A stretch of 64,000 nucleotides of DNA from Callorhinchus milii (taxonomy: Eukaryota): the NCBI RefSeq assembly GCF_018977255.1, contig NW_024704743.1:48176001-48240000 (forward strand), given 5' to 3'. The position numbers and the translations under genes are program-made. The notes under the pieces were generated by a model. That model saw nothing but the letters and a program-made list of their open reading frames with translations. It made no database searches and was not told the DNA's origin. The stretch's first letter is position 1. Every line of letters begins with the position of its first letter. Of this stretch, positions 50,646-63,268 are shown piece by piece.

Positions 50646-51854
50646 GCATTAAATACATTCTTTTTCTGTAACCAAATAATATTTCTTTCAAATTCTCTCA
50701 TCTTTATGTTTGGTTACACAATTTAAAGTTTCTGATTGCTGGATTATCAGAAATGTTTTTAAATACTCACCAGCTATTCCTCAGATAACTCAACCCTCAG
50801 GCCTTTAGCTTTTCAAGCCTTAGTTGCCTCCTCCATCTTCTACCTCATCCATCAGCTTGGATTCACCATTCTTTTTTTTACTAAATAAATTGTATTGGGT
50901 TTTCACACTTTTTTTTACTGGTGTCTTTTTTTACTGGTGTCTTTTCCTAAACTTTATAATAGCATTACTTCACAACCTGTTAATGGCTCTCAGTTGCTTC
51001 TTGCTGTATTATCAGTTTTTTTCTGGACATAATTTAGCTTCTCCCTTGTGGCTTGTTGCCTGACGTAGCCTCTTCTGTTCTACTGAGTGGCTCCCCCAGC
51101 TCATCGATTCTGTTTTCATGAAGGATCACTCCTGAAATAATAACCTAGCTCTCTCTTTCAAAAGCCAATTGACTGTCTATGAATTTCCCAGCATCTCTGT
51201 TTTTACTCCAATTGTCAGGATCAACCAGCACAGTGGATATATTAGATATATTGGAGAATGTGAGTGAATTTGGATGCTGTAAAGTGGTATTTGCCATAAA
51301 CGCTCAATTTGGGCACAACCTTTGTTCCTTCTGTATTGCATGGCTTCAATACTTTTGCCCAATTTGCCTCACCTCATTCCTAACTTGATGCTCCTCATTC
51401 CTGACCTTTTGCATCCCCTGCTTTATCTGTTGCATGTTTTCTTTGATGGTATCCTTCATTCTCTCCAGTCTTGACCTTATCTATGCTAATATTGTTACCT
51501 GATTAAAGTAGTTCCTTTTGAAAGTATTCATACAAAGTTGGCTATTATCTGGAGGTATGTTGATTCTGGTAAATGGCAGGGAAGAATACATTCCACAATC
51601 AGCTTTCGGTGGGATCTTTCTGTTTTTCCTTGTTGCCCATGGGTTCTCATCTTCTTTACTGGAATCACTAGAACTTAGAGCCAAGAAACAAATGAAGGTC
51701 TTGTAGATTTTGTTGAGATCATTCTAAATGTAGACTGAAATGTGGTATTATTTAGGAAAATGAATGTTCCTTTGGATTGAATATCCTAAATAGTTTGGAA
51801 TGTGGGGGAGGGAGAGGTGGAAGGAAAGGTTATCTAGTTACAATATTATAATAT

Positions 51855-52320
51855 TACTCCCTCTGCCCCCTCGTCCTCCTGATCTCTCTGCAGCGTTCTA
51901 AACAGTCGACCACGCCATCCTCCTCCACCTCTTCTCCCTCATCCACCTTATTGGGACTGCACTCGCATGGTTCGAGACTTACTTAACCAACCACCTCCAT
52001 TTCATCTCGCCAAATGGATTCTCCTCCAGCCCCCACCTGGTCAACTGCGGGGTACCCCAGGTCTCCATTCTTGGCCCACTTCTTTTCCTTATCTATATGC
52101 TCCCTCTGGGCGATGTCATCTGCAGACAGGAGGTAAACTTCCACATGCATGCAGATGACACACAAATCTCGTCTAGTACCAACTCCAGGTCCACCGATGT
52201 TTTATTAGCTTGTCTGGCAGACATCAGGGCCTGGATGAATATAAAATTCCTGCAGCTGAATATGGACAAGACGGAAGCCATACTCCTTGGCTCAGGTCAA
52301 TGTCTTCACTCCTGCATATT
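51855..52320 (+). mobile_element. L2 RT fragment, degraded
   Basis: LLDLSAAF-like start, [17 protein letters not shown] motifs. Confidence 0.88.
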
Positions 52321-52379
52321 TGAACTCTTCAGTCTCCCTGTTGTTCTCAAGTGCGACTGTATTTGAATTAACCAAGATT

Positions 52380-52600
52380 ATAATAATAATATAACAATAA
52401 TTTTATATTTGATATAGCGCCTTTCACAATGGGAGGACATTTCAAAGTACCTCACAGAATATACTGGAATATATAGTGACTGTGTACCTTGTTGGTGACC
52501 ACTGTAGCCAATTTGCACACTACAAGGTCCCACAAACAGCCATGAAGTGAATGCATAATTTTATTTGGAGGATAGCTGGCCAGGTCCCAGGAGAAACTAC
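52380..52600 (-). mobile_element. Older DeuSINE 3' part (host of the 52603 insertion)
   Basis: Tail, CCCACAAACAGCCATGAAGTGAATG and GGCCAGGTCCCAGGAGAA. Confidence 0.7.
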
Positions 52601-52602
52601 AT

Positions 52603-52923
52603 AATAATAATATAATAATCCTTGCATTTGGTATAGCGCTTTTCATGTCGGGAGGACGTCCAAAAGCACTTCACAGAACACACTGTAAAGTGAATTGACT
52701 GTATATTTGTGGGCGAACGCGGCAGCCAATTGCGCACAGCAATGTCCCACAAATAGTCGTAGATTGAAAATGACCAATTTATTATTGTTTTTGGTTTTGG
52801 AGGGATTATTATTAGGCGTGTGGAGTAAGGAAACTTGCCCAAGGTTTCGCCCTGCCTGGAATTGAACTCAGGTCTCTCACTTGCAAAGCAAGTGCTCTAA
52901 CCACTGAGCTACAGGACTCCACG
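52603..52923 (-). mobile_element. Young full-length short-variant SINE with 7-bp TSD
   Basis: Near-identical to 972-1287; ACTACAT at 52596-52602 and 52924-52930. Confidence 0.95.
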
Positions 52924-52953
52924 ACTACATTCGCTATTGATAGGAAATGGGAG

Positions 52954-53093
52954 CAACAACAACAACAACAAGATTCCATTTATTGAGCGCCTTTCACGTC
53001 GGGAGGTCGTCCCAAGGCGCTGTACAGTTGGGTCAGGACCCGAGCAAGGGGGAAATAGTCAGGGTGAGGGGAGGGAAGGGAACAGGAGGGGGG
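52954..53093 (-). mobile_element. L2 3' tail fragment
   Basis: (CAA)n GATTCCATT...GAGCGCCTTTCACGTCGGGAGG; close to 53772-53900. Confidence 0.9.
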
Positions 53094-53099
53094 GATTCA

Positions 53100-53350
53100 C
53101 ATGATCTAGCCTGCTTCACCAATTGATTAGATCATAGCAGATCTTTTAATTCCATTTCCCCACCTTTTCCCCCATATCCATTAATATGCTTACTTCCAAA
53201 GGTTCTGTCTCCCTTTTAAAAGATTCTGTCTCTATGGTCTTCTGGGCAGTGCTTTCCAAGTTTTCACAATCCTATGTGTGAAGAAATGTTTCTCACCTCG
53301 CTTTTAACTGTCTATCAATAATTTTAAGATTACCTCCCCTTGCGCATGAT
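53100..53350 (-). mobile_element. Old CR1 3' fragment
   Basis: TTTTCCCCCATATCC...TGTGTGAAGAAATGTTTC. Confidence 0.65.
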
Positions 53351-53771
53351 CAGAATACATCACATTGTCTTCACAATCAAATCTACAAAGTCACCATTTT
53401 TGGAGTCGACAGCCATTTCCTTTCAGTGACTGGGTAACATTGCAGTGAAGATTGCTAGAAAGTGAAATTCACCATATGTTATACCAGTTCTTATAATTGG
53501 CACCAGGTTTCTGTGACAACAGTGTGTGAGTATGTGTAAGAGGAAATGCAAACATGAGATCAGCAATTTAGTGAGCTTTTACTTCTTACAAGCTAATTGT
53601 TGGTAATTGACTGAGATCTTGCTAAAGAGTTTTAAGAATGGTGTAAATCTATTGTAATCCCATTAAAACTGACACCTGATTCTCTTTCATCCAGCTATAC
53701 CCAGGAGCCACACAATCCCACCCTTCTCTATGCTTTCTTAACTTGTTCCAGGGTATCTGGCCTCAGACATT

Positions 53772-53950
53772 ACAACAACAACAACAAGAAGATTCCATTT
53801 ATAGAGCGCCTTTCACGTCGGGAGGACGTCCCAAGGCGCTGTACAGTTGGGTCAGGACCCGAGCAGGGGGGAAATGGTCAGGGTGAGGAGAGGGAAGGGA
53901 GGGAGCGAGAAGGGGGTAGAGAGTCGAGAGGGGAGCTGAGGGCACGGTCA
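53772..53950 (-). mobile_element. Young L2 3' tail fragment
   Basis: Near-identical to 47604-47781; ATTACA on both sides (possible TSD). Confidence 0.92.
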
Positions 53951-54907
53951 ATTACAGCTGCATCCTTGATCTCACAGGCACTCTTGTTTCCTATTCAGTC
54001 TAAATTTATGATGCGAATTTGGATTAATCCTTTAAAAGCCTGCAACCAAATTTCAAAATGAAAAGCGTAACAGGATTGCAATTTTACCGAGAGGTTTTAA
54101 CACCTTCTGACAACACTATGACTAAAACAAATCTCACCATCATTAACTGTTCTATTCATCTATCTATTTATTTGAAATATTGTTGCTTAAATGCTGAATG
54201 TTTATGGTTTTAAGAACATTAATAGGGAGTTGTTGATCTCAGAAATGTGAGGAAGATGAATTAAAATGCATGCACATGACAAGATTGCTCAAGCATTTTG
54301 GGTTAATGACCAATTTACCTCTTCTCTCTAAAACAATACGTTTTATGTGTATATTTATGTTTCAAAACATCTTTTAATGCAAATATGGATCAATTGTATA
54401 TTCTTTTTCTAGATGTGTTAGGAAGCACTCTGTTTTATACTTTCATTATCATTTCTTTAATTAAAAAGTAAAACCAAAACACAAACCTCTTTTCTTCAGC
54501 CATCTCTGTTGTTTACACAGCACAACTTATCTACTGCTTCCATACAGGAAGCAAAGTTTAAACTAAAAATAAAGATGCACACAAGGTACATCAATGTAAC
54601 TCATACTTGCTCTCTCTAGTTTGTTAGCATTATTTGTTTATTCTTTATTTTGAGCTCAAACTTTGTTCACCACCACAGAAACAGTGCACCTGATAAATCG
54701 TGTAAGAACCACTGAGCGGGAGGGCTAGCCGGCTGCAGTTGAGTGGGACCGGTTAGCATTGGGATGGCTCTGTTTCTGCAGTAACTTTTGTGGGATTCAA
54801 CAGTGAAGCCTGCATGCTCATTTAAATTAGCCCAGGCCTTAGATCGTAGATATCAAATGGAATGAGCGGGTCCAGTTTGGAGTTCAGTCAGTTTATGCAC
54901 GTATGGT

Positions 54908-55052
54908 TATTGGCCAGCCGGGTGTCTGACACATGCGGAAACCCATCACCATGCTTCAGAGAATCCAAACCAAACTAAGAGTTCCATTCATGGCACCTAC
55001 ACATGGAAATTACAGAGATAGATTGTTGGGAGGGACACATCCTACTTACCTT
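54908..55052 (-). mobile_element. Second copy of the unclassified repeat
   Basis: CAGCCGGGTGTCTGACACATGCGGAAACCCATCACCATGC is the reverse complement of ~46042-46081. Confidence 0.75.
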
Positions 55053-55994
55053 AGAGAACACAATTGAAGAAAAAATTGGGCTTATTTAGCAATGAATTCA
55101 ACATTATTTTGTTTAATAGAACAATCATTCACCGCTTCTCTGATTGTTAAAAAAAACAATATTTTGATTATATCTTTAATGGGATTTCTCAATATGAGTG
55201 GATTAAAAAAATAGCTACTATATTTTAAAAAGTTGACATATGACTCCATTGTCTAGATTAGTAACTCAGTAACTCTTCCAAGTTCCGTTCAGGCAAGTGT
55301 AATCAGTATTCACCACATAAATAGGAACAGAAAAAGAAACTATACATAGCAGAAATAAATGATACTGTAGTAAAAAATTGCATTGTGATCATACTTATTT
55401 TTAACCATTTTTATAAAAGTGTGTTTATGAAATTCTTCCTTTTTTTGTCAATTCTACTTCAAAGTATTCATTGCAACAAAAAATAGCAAGTAACATGAAA
55501 ATGAAAATGCCAGATAAGAACCAGGATTATTTCAAGCATCCTACAACACAGAAACATTTCCTATGTGGGCTCTATGAATTCAAATCCTTTTTCCCATAAA
55601 AAGAGTTTAAAAGCTGTACTCAGCATTAAACAGTTTGGTGCAATAATAAATAGGGCAAATCTAAAACACGCAAGGTTGACCACAATTAATGAGAAACCCA
55701 ACTGCTACAACAATAATTATTTGTCTTATACTTTACATAACAAGCAGTTCATTCAGGTTTTTTTGGCACTATTTGGGTAACCGGAATTATCTGTGCCATA
55801 CATACTTCAAACTTATATCCTGCAGAGTTGTTCTGGAGCAAGCTCCGATCTCCAGCTAGGGCTTGGATTTAATCTCGATTCATGTTGAGTCAGATATGGA
55901 AAAGCTGAATCACTGGTATTTGAGTGTACAGTGATACCCTGGCACTTATATAAATAATTCTTGCATTATTTAGGTAGTATTATTTAGATAGCAT

Positions 55995-56076
55995 ATATGC
56001 ATGCGACCCCCAGGAAGGTGGAAGGCGAACTAGATGGACCTTGGTCTTTTTTTGTCTAGCATTCCTTATGTTCTTA
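55995..56076 (+). mobile_element. Very short CR1 3' tail
   Basis: CCAGGAAGGTGGAAGGCGAACTAGATGGACCTTGGTC...TTATGTTCTTA matches 43741-43808. Confidence 0.75.
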
Positions 56077-56079
56077 TTT

Positions 56080-56780
56080 GATATATCTTTGATATTTGAT
56101 ATACATCACGTCATCAAGACTTCTTAAAGAGAAGAATTTTATTATGAAATGTAGTGACTGTGTATTTGGTAGGCAAATGAGGCAATCAATTTGCACACAG
56201 CAATGTCCCACAAATAGTATGGATACTGGATGAAGCTCCCTTCTCTTTTCGAATAGTGCCATGGGATCTTTAATGTCTATCCGAACATTATATTTTTATT
56301 CCATCTGAAGCTTGGCACTAGGTAAATCTGAAACATTCTGGATAGTACTAAATTGCTACAAAAATACCCCCCAAACTAATGAGTATGTCAGTTGTTCTTA
56401 AAGATACAAATAATCCATTGGTGAGTACCAGTTATTGCTCTTGTCTCTTATCGCTACTGACCGTAATATGCTGCTGAAAATACCCCAAAAAATATTGGAT
56501 ATGGGACAGAGTTTCTGCTCCTTGATGTGTTTTGTTTGGAGAAAAGATTTCTTTGTGGTTTCCTTTTCCGAATTAGTCAAATCACCAGGAAATTCCAAAC
56601 AGTGTGACTGTTTTCTGTAAGGAAATGCAGCAACTTGTACAGACAAAGTCCCACGAACAGCTATAGGTGAGTGACCAATTAATCTGGAGCATGATTCACC
56701 ATGGTACTGAGAGAAGGTCCCTTCTTTTTCGAAAGTGGCATGGAATCTTTAGCATCCACAACCAAGGACTTGATCGGGGG
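56080..56780 (-). mobile_element. Two degraded DeuSINE fragments (~56080-56320 and ~56560-56780)
   Basis: CTCCCTTCTCTTTTCGAATAGTGCCATGGGATCTTT Deu-like block occurs twice. Confidence 0.65.
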
Positions 56781-58050
56781 GATCAGCTATCAGTGAGGTA
56801 CAATGTAGAGTCTCACCTATTTAGTATCAATTGCTTGCAAATAGAAATGACACTATTGGCGAATGCCACTTTTCCCTTTTTTATCTACTTACTTATTTTG
56901 CTATGAAATAGTGGAGGTCCTGTCTTATGCAGATTTATGATACTGTAAATTACTTAACTGGCAGTTTAGGCAATGCACCAGACTAAAATATGTTGGTCAT
57001 TAATATCGTTCCAACTGTTTATTCATTTCTGATTATATCCAAGGTAGTTTTGGAATTGGCCCAAATCAATGTTTTCAGTTCACTCAACTTTGGTTTACAT
57101 TGTATGCAAGACTGAAAATCTTGTTTGTTAGGTCAACCACATTCTTAATCTTTCAGTCTGGAAAGAAAGTGGTTGTGGGAGGAACCCCACTGAGGTATTT
57201 CACAATATTAAGTGGGTTAATATTACTTCAGATTAAGTCAAGAAAGTAGGTCAAGAAATGTAAATATAATGAAGCGAAGTTTTAAATAGATATTAGGGTA
57301 AATAATTTCAAAAATAACAGATTTGTTAATCCCTGAATGTGGCATGTCATGAAACATTACAATTTCACCCCAGAAAGAAACAACATGTTTTATTCAAAGG
57401 AACAAAATCTGTTTGGAACAATCCAGCAAAAGAGTTCAGAGACAAAAATATTGGTGACATTAAAAAAAACTGAGGGTAACCTACAACAACAACAACAACA
57501 AAATTACATTTGTATAGCAACTTTCATGTCAAGAGGATGTCCCATGGTAGACAAATGTTCTTTGACTTTTGACAAATCACTGTTTCTCATAATTTTCTCA
57601 TTACTTTTTAAATTCTTAAAATTTGCTGGAGATCCCCTTTGTCACTTGTACCTGGTTTGCTCCTCTGCTCAGTAGAACTATGAATGTAAATCATCATATA
57701 CAAATGCAACAACTTATTTTTATGGTATGAGGATTTATATACAATCTCCAAGAGTTCCAATGGGACATGAAAGATCAGACTGGCCCTTACGATCGTTTCA
57801 GATACTGGGCCAGTAACACTTCTGCACTTTAAGATGATGACAAAAATAATTAAAGGGATGTGAGAAAAACATCTTTGCACAGAGGATGGTTGGAACAAAC
57901 TTGTTGAATTCACAAATTATTTTAAATGGAAATTAGGTAGAATCTTGAAAAGTAAGAATGTTAAAGGGTATGGGGAGCAAGGTTAGTGAGATTAGTTTAG
58001 ATTGATCCGTGGGAGAAAAAACATCAGTGCATATGGGCCAAATGGGATAA

Positions 58051-58375
58051 TGTGGAGTCTTGTAGCTCAGTGGTTAGAGCACTCGCCTTGCAAGCGAGAC
58101 ACCTGGGTTCAAGTCCAGGCAGGGCGAAACCTTGGGCAAGTTTCCTTACTCTACATGCCTAATAATAATCCCTCCAAAACAAAACAATAATAAATTGGTC
58201 ATTTCCAATCCACAACTGTTTGTGGGACGCTGCTGTGCGCAATTGGCTGCTGCATTTCGCCCACAAATATACAGTCAATTCACTTTGCAACATATTCTGT
58301 GAAGCACTTTGAGACGTCTAGAAGATGTGAAAAGTACTATATCAAATGCAACGATTATTATTATTATATTTATTA
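58051..58375 (+). mobile_element. Full-length short-variant SINE
   Basis: Intact A and B boxes, TGC anticodon arm, (ATT)n tail. Confidence 0.93.
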
Positions 58376-58379
58376 TTAT

Positions 58380-58668
58380 TTACTCCATATGCCTCTGCTT
58401 ACCTAGCAGTAAGTAGGAACCCAGTTGTTAGTTGATTGGCAGATCACCTTTCCGGGGTTAATAATTCCTTGAAAAAAAGATAAAAATAATAATAATAATA
58501 AATTGGTCACTCAATCCACGACTGTTTGTGGGACACTGCTGTGCACAATTGGGTGCCGTGTTTTGCCCACAAAATATACAGCCAATTCACTTTACAGTAT
58601 ATTCTGTGAAGCGCTTTGAGATGTCTCAATGACTTGATAAGACGCTACATCAAATGCAAGGATTATAA
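58380..58668 (+). mobile_element. Headless long-variant SINE
   Basis: TTACTCCATATGCCTCTGCTTACCTAGCAGTAAGTAGGAAC...GCAAGGATTATAA. Confidence 0.9.
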
Positions 58669-58899
58669 TACATTATTGTAAATCGCCTGTTCCTATTCTA
58701 TAATATTCTTTGATTCCATGAATTGAGTATGATTCCTGCTGCTGCCTGCTGTCTCATGATACTAGAGAGGGCACATGGTGGAACATCAAGGATAGATCAC
58801 CCTTTTGATATAGTAATGCGTCCACTCATGGCGACTCAATCTCTAAGATCATGTGTGGGATGTGGAGGAAGAAACTTGAAGAAGCTTCCATTTTTATAA

Positions 58900-59285
58900 C
58901 ACTTTTTTGCATCAAAATGTCTCATGGAAATTTAAGTAATTACTGTCAAGTGTAGTGACTGTTTTGTAGGCAAATACAGCAGTTATTTGCATATAGCAAA
59001 CTCAACAAAGCTCTCATGAGGCGAATCTTCAATTATCTGGGGGATTGGTGGCCAGGTTATCGGGAGAAACTCCATTCTCTTCTTGAATATTGTCATGAGA
59101 TACTTAATGACCACCTGAAGAACAGGCAGATGGGACCTTGGATTAAAGTGTCATCTGAAGGATTGCATTGCATTGCAGTAATCTGCCAGTGTCACACTGG
59201 GGTGTCAACCTAAACCAGGAGCTCAAGACTCACTGTCAGGCTTGATCTCACACTTTCTAAGGCAAGAGTGCTACCAACTAAGACC
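58900..59285 (-). mobile_element. Degraded DeuSINE
   Basis: AGGCAAGAGTGCTACCAACT head and Deu-like core remnants. Confidence 0.7.
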
Positions 59286-60914
59286 AACTAAAATGGCATG
59301 GTACCAGAGTACTGCAACATGAGTCAGTGCCTTCCAAAGTGGAGAGGAGAAAGTTCAAAGGGATTTTTCTAAAAATCATTCTACAGCAGTCTGTGATCTG
59401 AATTTCCACAAGCCTATAATCTACAAAACACAGGGCTCAGGTTCAGCCAGCAAATTTCACATTGAAGTGCCATGAAATGCTATACTCCATTAGCACCTCA
59501 GTAGTTAAAATGCCAAGTCCATCCAACACAATTACTTTATCTATAGGAAATGAAGGCTAAAAAGAAGTGAATTGAAGCCTATCTTATCTAAAAGCTACGC
59601 TTGACTCAGACTCAGAAGTTTACCAAATAAACCAATTGTGAGTTGCATCTCAAATGTCACTTTCTCCTGTGGAGCTCATGAGTTATATGGCCTGACACCA
59701 CTTCTTCATGATTTATTTTTCAGAGCTGCTGAGCTCCATTACATGTCCTTTATCTACATGCAAAGATCCTTTCCTGGTCAATCTAAAGCCTTAAGGCATG
59801 CCTTATTTCATGTCATGTGCCACAGGATCCTACAGCATGACAATGACGTATTATATTATGTTGGAAAAGATCTTCTTTTGATTTCCCTAACCCTTTATAA
59901 TTGATGTGCGCATTTTTAAATAAGTTGCTTGGTCCTCTTTAAATATGCCTTTGAAGTCATTACTGAAGAGGTTCAGTCATTCAGTCCAAAATTTGCACAT
60001 AAATTATGCAAAAGTTCATGTTCAGCATGACTGATACATGACCAGCTTTTATTTGCCATTGCTATTATGTCATAAAGCCTAAGTGATGAATTGAATGTGG
60101 AGTTAAATGTACAGCCCAAGGGCAGAAGGCACTATCCTCCTACAGATTTCTTTCCCCTCCCCTATCTCCTTCTCTTCACACCAGTTCAGGCTACTGCAGC
60201 CTCTCTCTTACTGCAGATGTGTATATCCATGTGAATAGCGGGTATCTGGAAATCATTACAATGAAAGAAATCTATATTATCTGACCATAAGGAATGTATT
60301 GTGATGTTATCCATCACTGTTGTACAATCTACTTCTTAAAATCTGGAATTTCGCTTGCCTGGGTGTTGTGGGTTTTTTGAATCAACACCTAACCTGCCCT
60401 TACCAGGAGTAAAACGCCATTGAGTGACATTGGTGTCTAATTTGCGGTATTTCTTAATGGACTTACTTATGCAAGTTGGACTCCTGGTTTGGTAGATCCT
60501 ATGACAACGTGATACAGTCCAAGACATCTGTAGGAACGGCAAATGTTTGTCGAAGTTCAGTTTAGTGGTTCCTTGAGTGAATTTGAAGAGATTCCTCAAT
60601 TAGCTGAAATTAGATCTAACTGATTGGAAAGCAAGTTACAAAGAGAAGCAAAGTGTGCAGTTTCAGGACTGGTACCAGATTCTAAAAATTGTGATACAGA
60701 ATGTTACGGTGCAGGTTCTGTACTCCTTATTTTTTGTCAGCAAATCTTCTATTGCTGTTTAGATCATGACATTCAGCAACCCAGCTATATCTTTTCAGTG
60801 TGGAAGAGTTGAGGATCTACCATGGACATAAATTTCTGTATTGAGGCCACTAAGAGGTGGGGTTCTTCACAGCTGGGGATTCCTTCTGGTTTGGTAGCAA
60901 TGACATGTCATTGA

Positions 60915-61420
60915 CGTGTCAGTTTGGCTCAGTGGTAGCTTGTCAATGACATGTCAATGATGTGGCAGCTTGATGTCTCAGTAGTGGCACTCTTGCCTCT
61001 GTCAGAAGGTTGTGGGTTCAAATCCCATGGTGAGACTTTAAGTCACATAGTCTGAGCTGACACTCCAACTCTGGGGGTGGGGGTGGGGATGTTGCATTGT
61101 CAGAGGTGTTGTCCTTCCGATGAGATGTTAAAATGAGGTCCCATCTGCATGTTCAGATTGATGTCAAAGATCCTATGGCACTATTCGAAAAGAGAAGGGA
61201 GTTCCTCCCGATGTCCTGGCCAGCAATTCACTCCAAAATAAAATTGGTCATTCATTTCATGGTAGTTTGTGGGACATTGCTGTGCACATGTGGGTTGCCA
61301 CGTTCACATTCAAAAACAGTCACTCCATTTCACAGTAAACCCTGTGTAGCACTGAGACTTTTTTCTGACGTGATAAGGCACTATACCAAATGCAAGAATT
61401 ACTATTGTTATTATTATCAT
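60915..61420 (+). mobile_element. DeuSINE (SacSINE1-like) with duplicated head
   Basis: TGGCTCAGTGGTAGC, GGTTGTGGGTTCAAATCCC, GATCCTATGGCACTATTCGAAAAGAGAAGGGAGTTC...CCTGGCCAG and tail. Confidence 0.85.
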
Positions 61421-61741
61421 AATGATGAGATGCAGATAATACCATTGGGGTAGAAGTATGTGATATCACTGGTGATAATTATCATAATGTGGGATATTCT
61501 GCTCTTGGAAGTGTTCCAGGTGAATACTACCATGGGAAATAATCTCTTCCCCCCAACTCTATTTTGTTCAAATGGTTTCACACAAAGCTTAACACTACAG
61601 TTATTGAGTTATTGATGGCTACAACATTCCACCTCAGTGTTAGTACCTTGATCTTCTCAGCAAAAGAATTAGAGACACAGGACCCAGACTGGCATATTCA
61701 ATTCTTCAACCCTATTTTGCCATTTTATTTTCCGTATTAAT

Positions 61742-62010
61742 AACTTGTATTTATCTAGCACCTTTCACATTGGGAGGACATCTCAAAGCATTTAACACAG
61801 TTGTGGAGAGATTTGAAAGTGAGGACGGAATTCTTGAATTTAGTGGAATTGAGCAAGAATGGGGATGATGGGCTTGTGGAGCTTAATGTGGAAAAGGTCA
61901 TGAGCTGCAGAGTTCTGAATGGTGTGCAGTTTTTTGGGGAGGAATTAGGGAATCCAGAAAGTAGATCAAGTGATGAAGTTATGCATGAGGGTGTCAACAG
62001 CCTGGCAGAG
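61742..62010 (-). mobile_element. Internally deleted old L2 fragment
   Basis: FKNSVLTFKSLH remnant joined directly to the 3' tail. Confidence 0.7.
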
Positions 62011-62500
62011 AGATAATGGATTATTATTAATGATGGAAGTTGGTTATATTATGACAGGTTCTGTTGCTCCTTTCATATAAAACCAAATATTTCAAAGTAC
62101 TTTACAACATTTATTCCAGTTAATGACTGCCATGGAGAATGCCAGCCCCCCACACCCCGTTTTGTTTGAAGGGTTTCTCACAAAACCTCTCACTGCAGTT
62201 ATTGAGTCAACCAGCTCTGCATTTGACTCTATTGCGTAGATCCCAACATTTCAGTACTGGTTTGGAGAACATTGGCTTAACATAAATTTAAATGTAGGGA
62301 GAGAGGAATTATCAATGGTGATAATTATTTCTACTAGATTTGCATTTTTCACCTCCTTAAATAACCCTAATTATTAAATATATATCTATCTCGAAATATT
62401 TCAATCAATTCTTCTTGTAAGGTAGTACAGCATTTATCTACCTAGTATCCAATTTGGACTTTACCTTTCTATATTGATTCAGTCACCCCTTGTCTTTCAG

Positions 62501-62596
62501 ACGGGGAGCCAATAACTCCTCAGATGATAGGATCATCAGTAAGGGACAATGTCAGTTTTGATGACATTCATCAGGCCATTGATGAAGATAGGAAAG
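62501..62596 (+). CDS. Candidate 96-nt symmetric (phase 1-1) coding exon, gene unidentified
   Basis: Acceptor CACCCCTTGTCTTTCAG, donor AAG|GTGTGT, open frame GEPITPQMIGSSVRDNVSFDDIHQAIDEDRK. Confidence 0.4.
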
Positions 62597-63230
62597 GTGT
62601 GTAAATATTTAAGAAGAAAGTACCTGTTACTGACCTTCACAAGAAGTGTTTCAATAAATTGCTCTTTGGCAAGAATATTGACTTTATGTAGCTCGTGAAT
62701 TTTACAATTCATTGGCATATGGTAGCTTACCCACAAAGTTACCAAGAAATTCTGAAAACTACTCACTAAATAATGTGATAAAGATTTATTGATAAAAGAA
62801 AGGCTGCCTGAATACTTATGGTGTTAAGAAAAAGAACTGAGACTATTTTGATAAATCTTCTGATAGAATGTATTGATGTATTTCCTGAGAGAATTTATTG
62901 ATAAATCTATGGTACTGGAGACATGATGATTGGTGTTCAAGTAAAATTATTTTAATTTTCTTCACTCTGGACTTTCTGCGTAGAAAAGTTGGTAACAATG
63001 AAAACAAAATCAGCAAATTTATTCCCAAATCCAAGAATACATTTTGTGTAACTTTATTGAAATAAATGTTATATTCACGTACATTAAATGAGAAAAACTG
63101 TAATGCTTTTTGAATTGACTGTACAATAATTAGTATCCCCTCTGCCTTATATGGTAACTTGCTCTGGAGTGGTTCTGTGGTGATGCTGGAGTCTGATTCT
63201 AAGGAATTCTCTGTTCTTCCTTGTTTGCAG

Positions 63231-63268
63231 TAAAGAGAAGATCCCACAGTACCAGCCATGTCAAATAA
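63231..63268 (+). CDS. Candidate coding part of a terminal exon
   Basis: Strong acceptor TTCTCTGTTCTTCCTTGTTTGCAG; phase-1 join to 62596 gives VKRRSHSTSHVK-stop; AATAAA at 63779-63784. Confidence 0.33.

Larger units (their letters stand above)
57860..58725 (+). mobile_element. CR1 3' end split by two tandem SINEs
   Basis: AAAGGGTATGGGGAGC...GGGCCAAATGG, resuming as GCCTGTTCCTATTCTATAA...GATTCCATG at 58685. Confidence 0.7.

Noticed and set aside
51499..51723. 225-nt open minus-strand segment between TAG and GTAACA (…SSKEDENPWATRKNRKIPPK…)
   Set aside because: A better AG lies 11 nt upstream and would introduce a stop; donor is weak; no recognised homology
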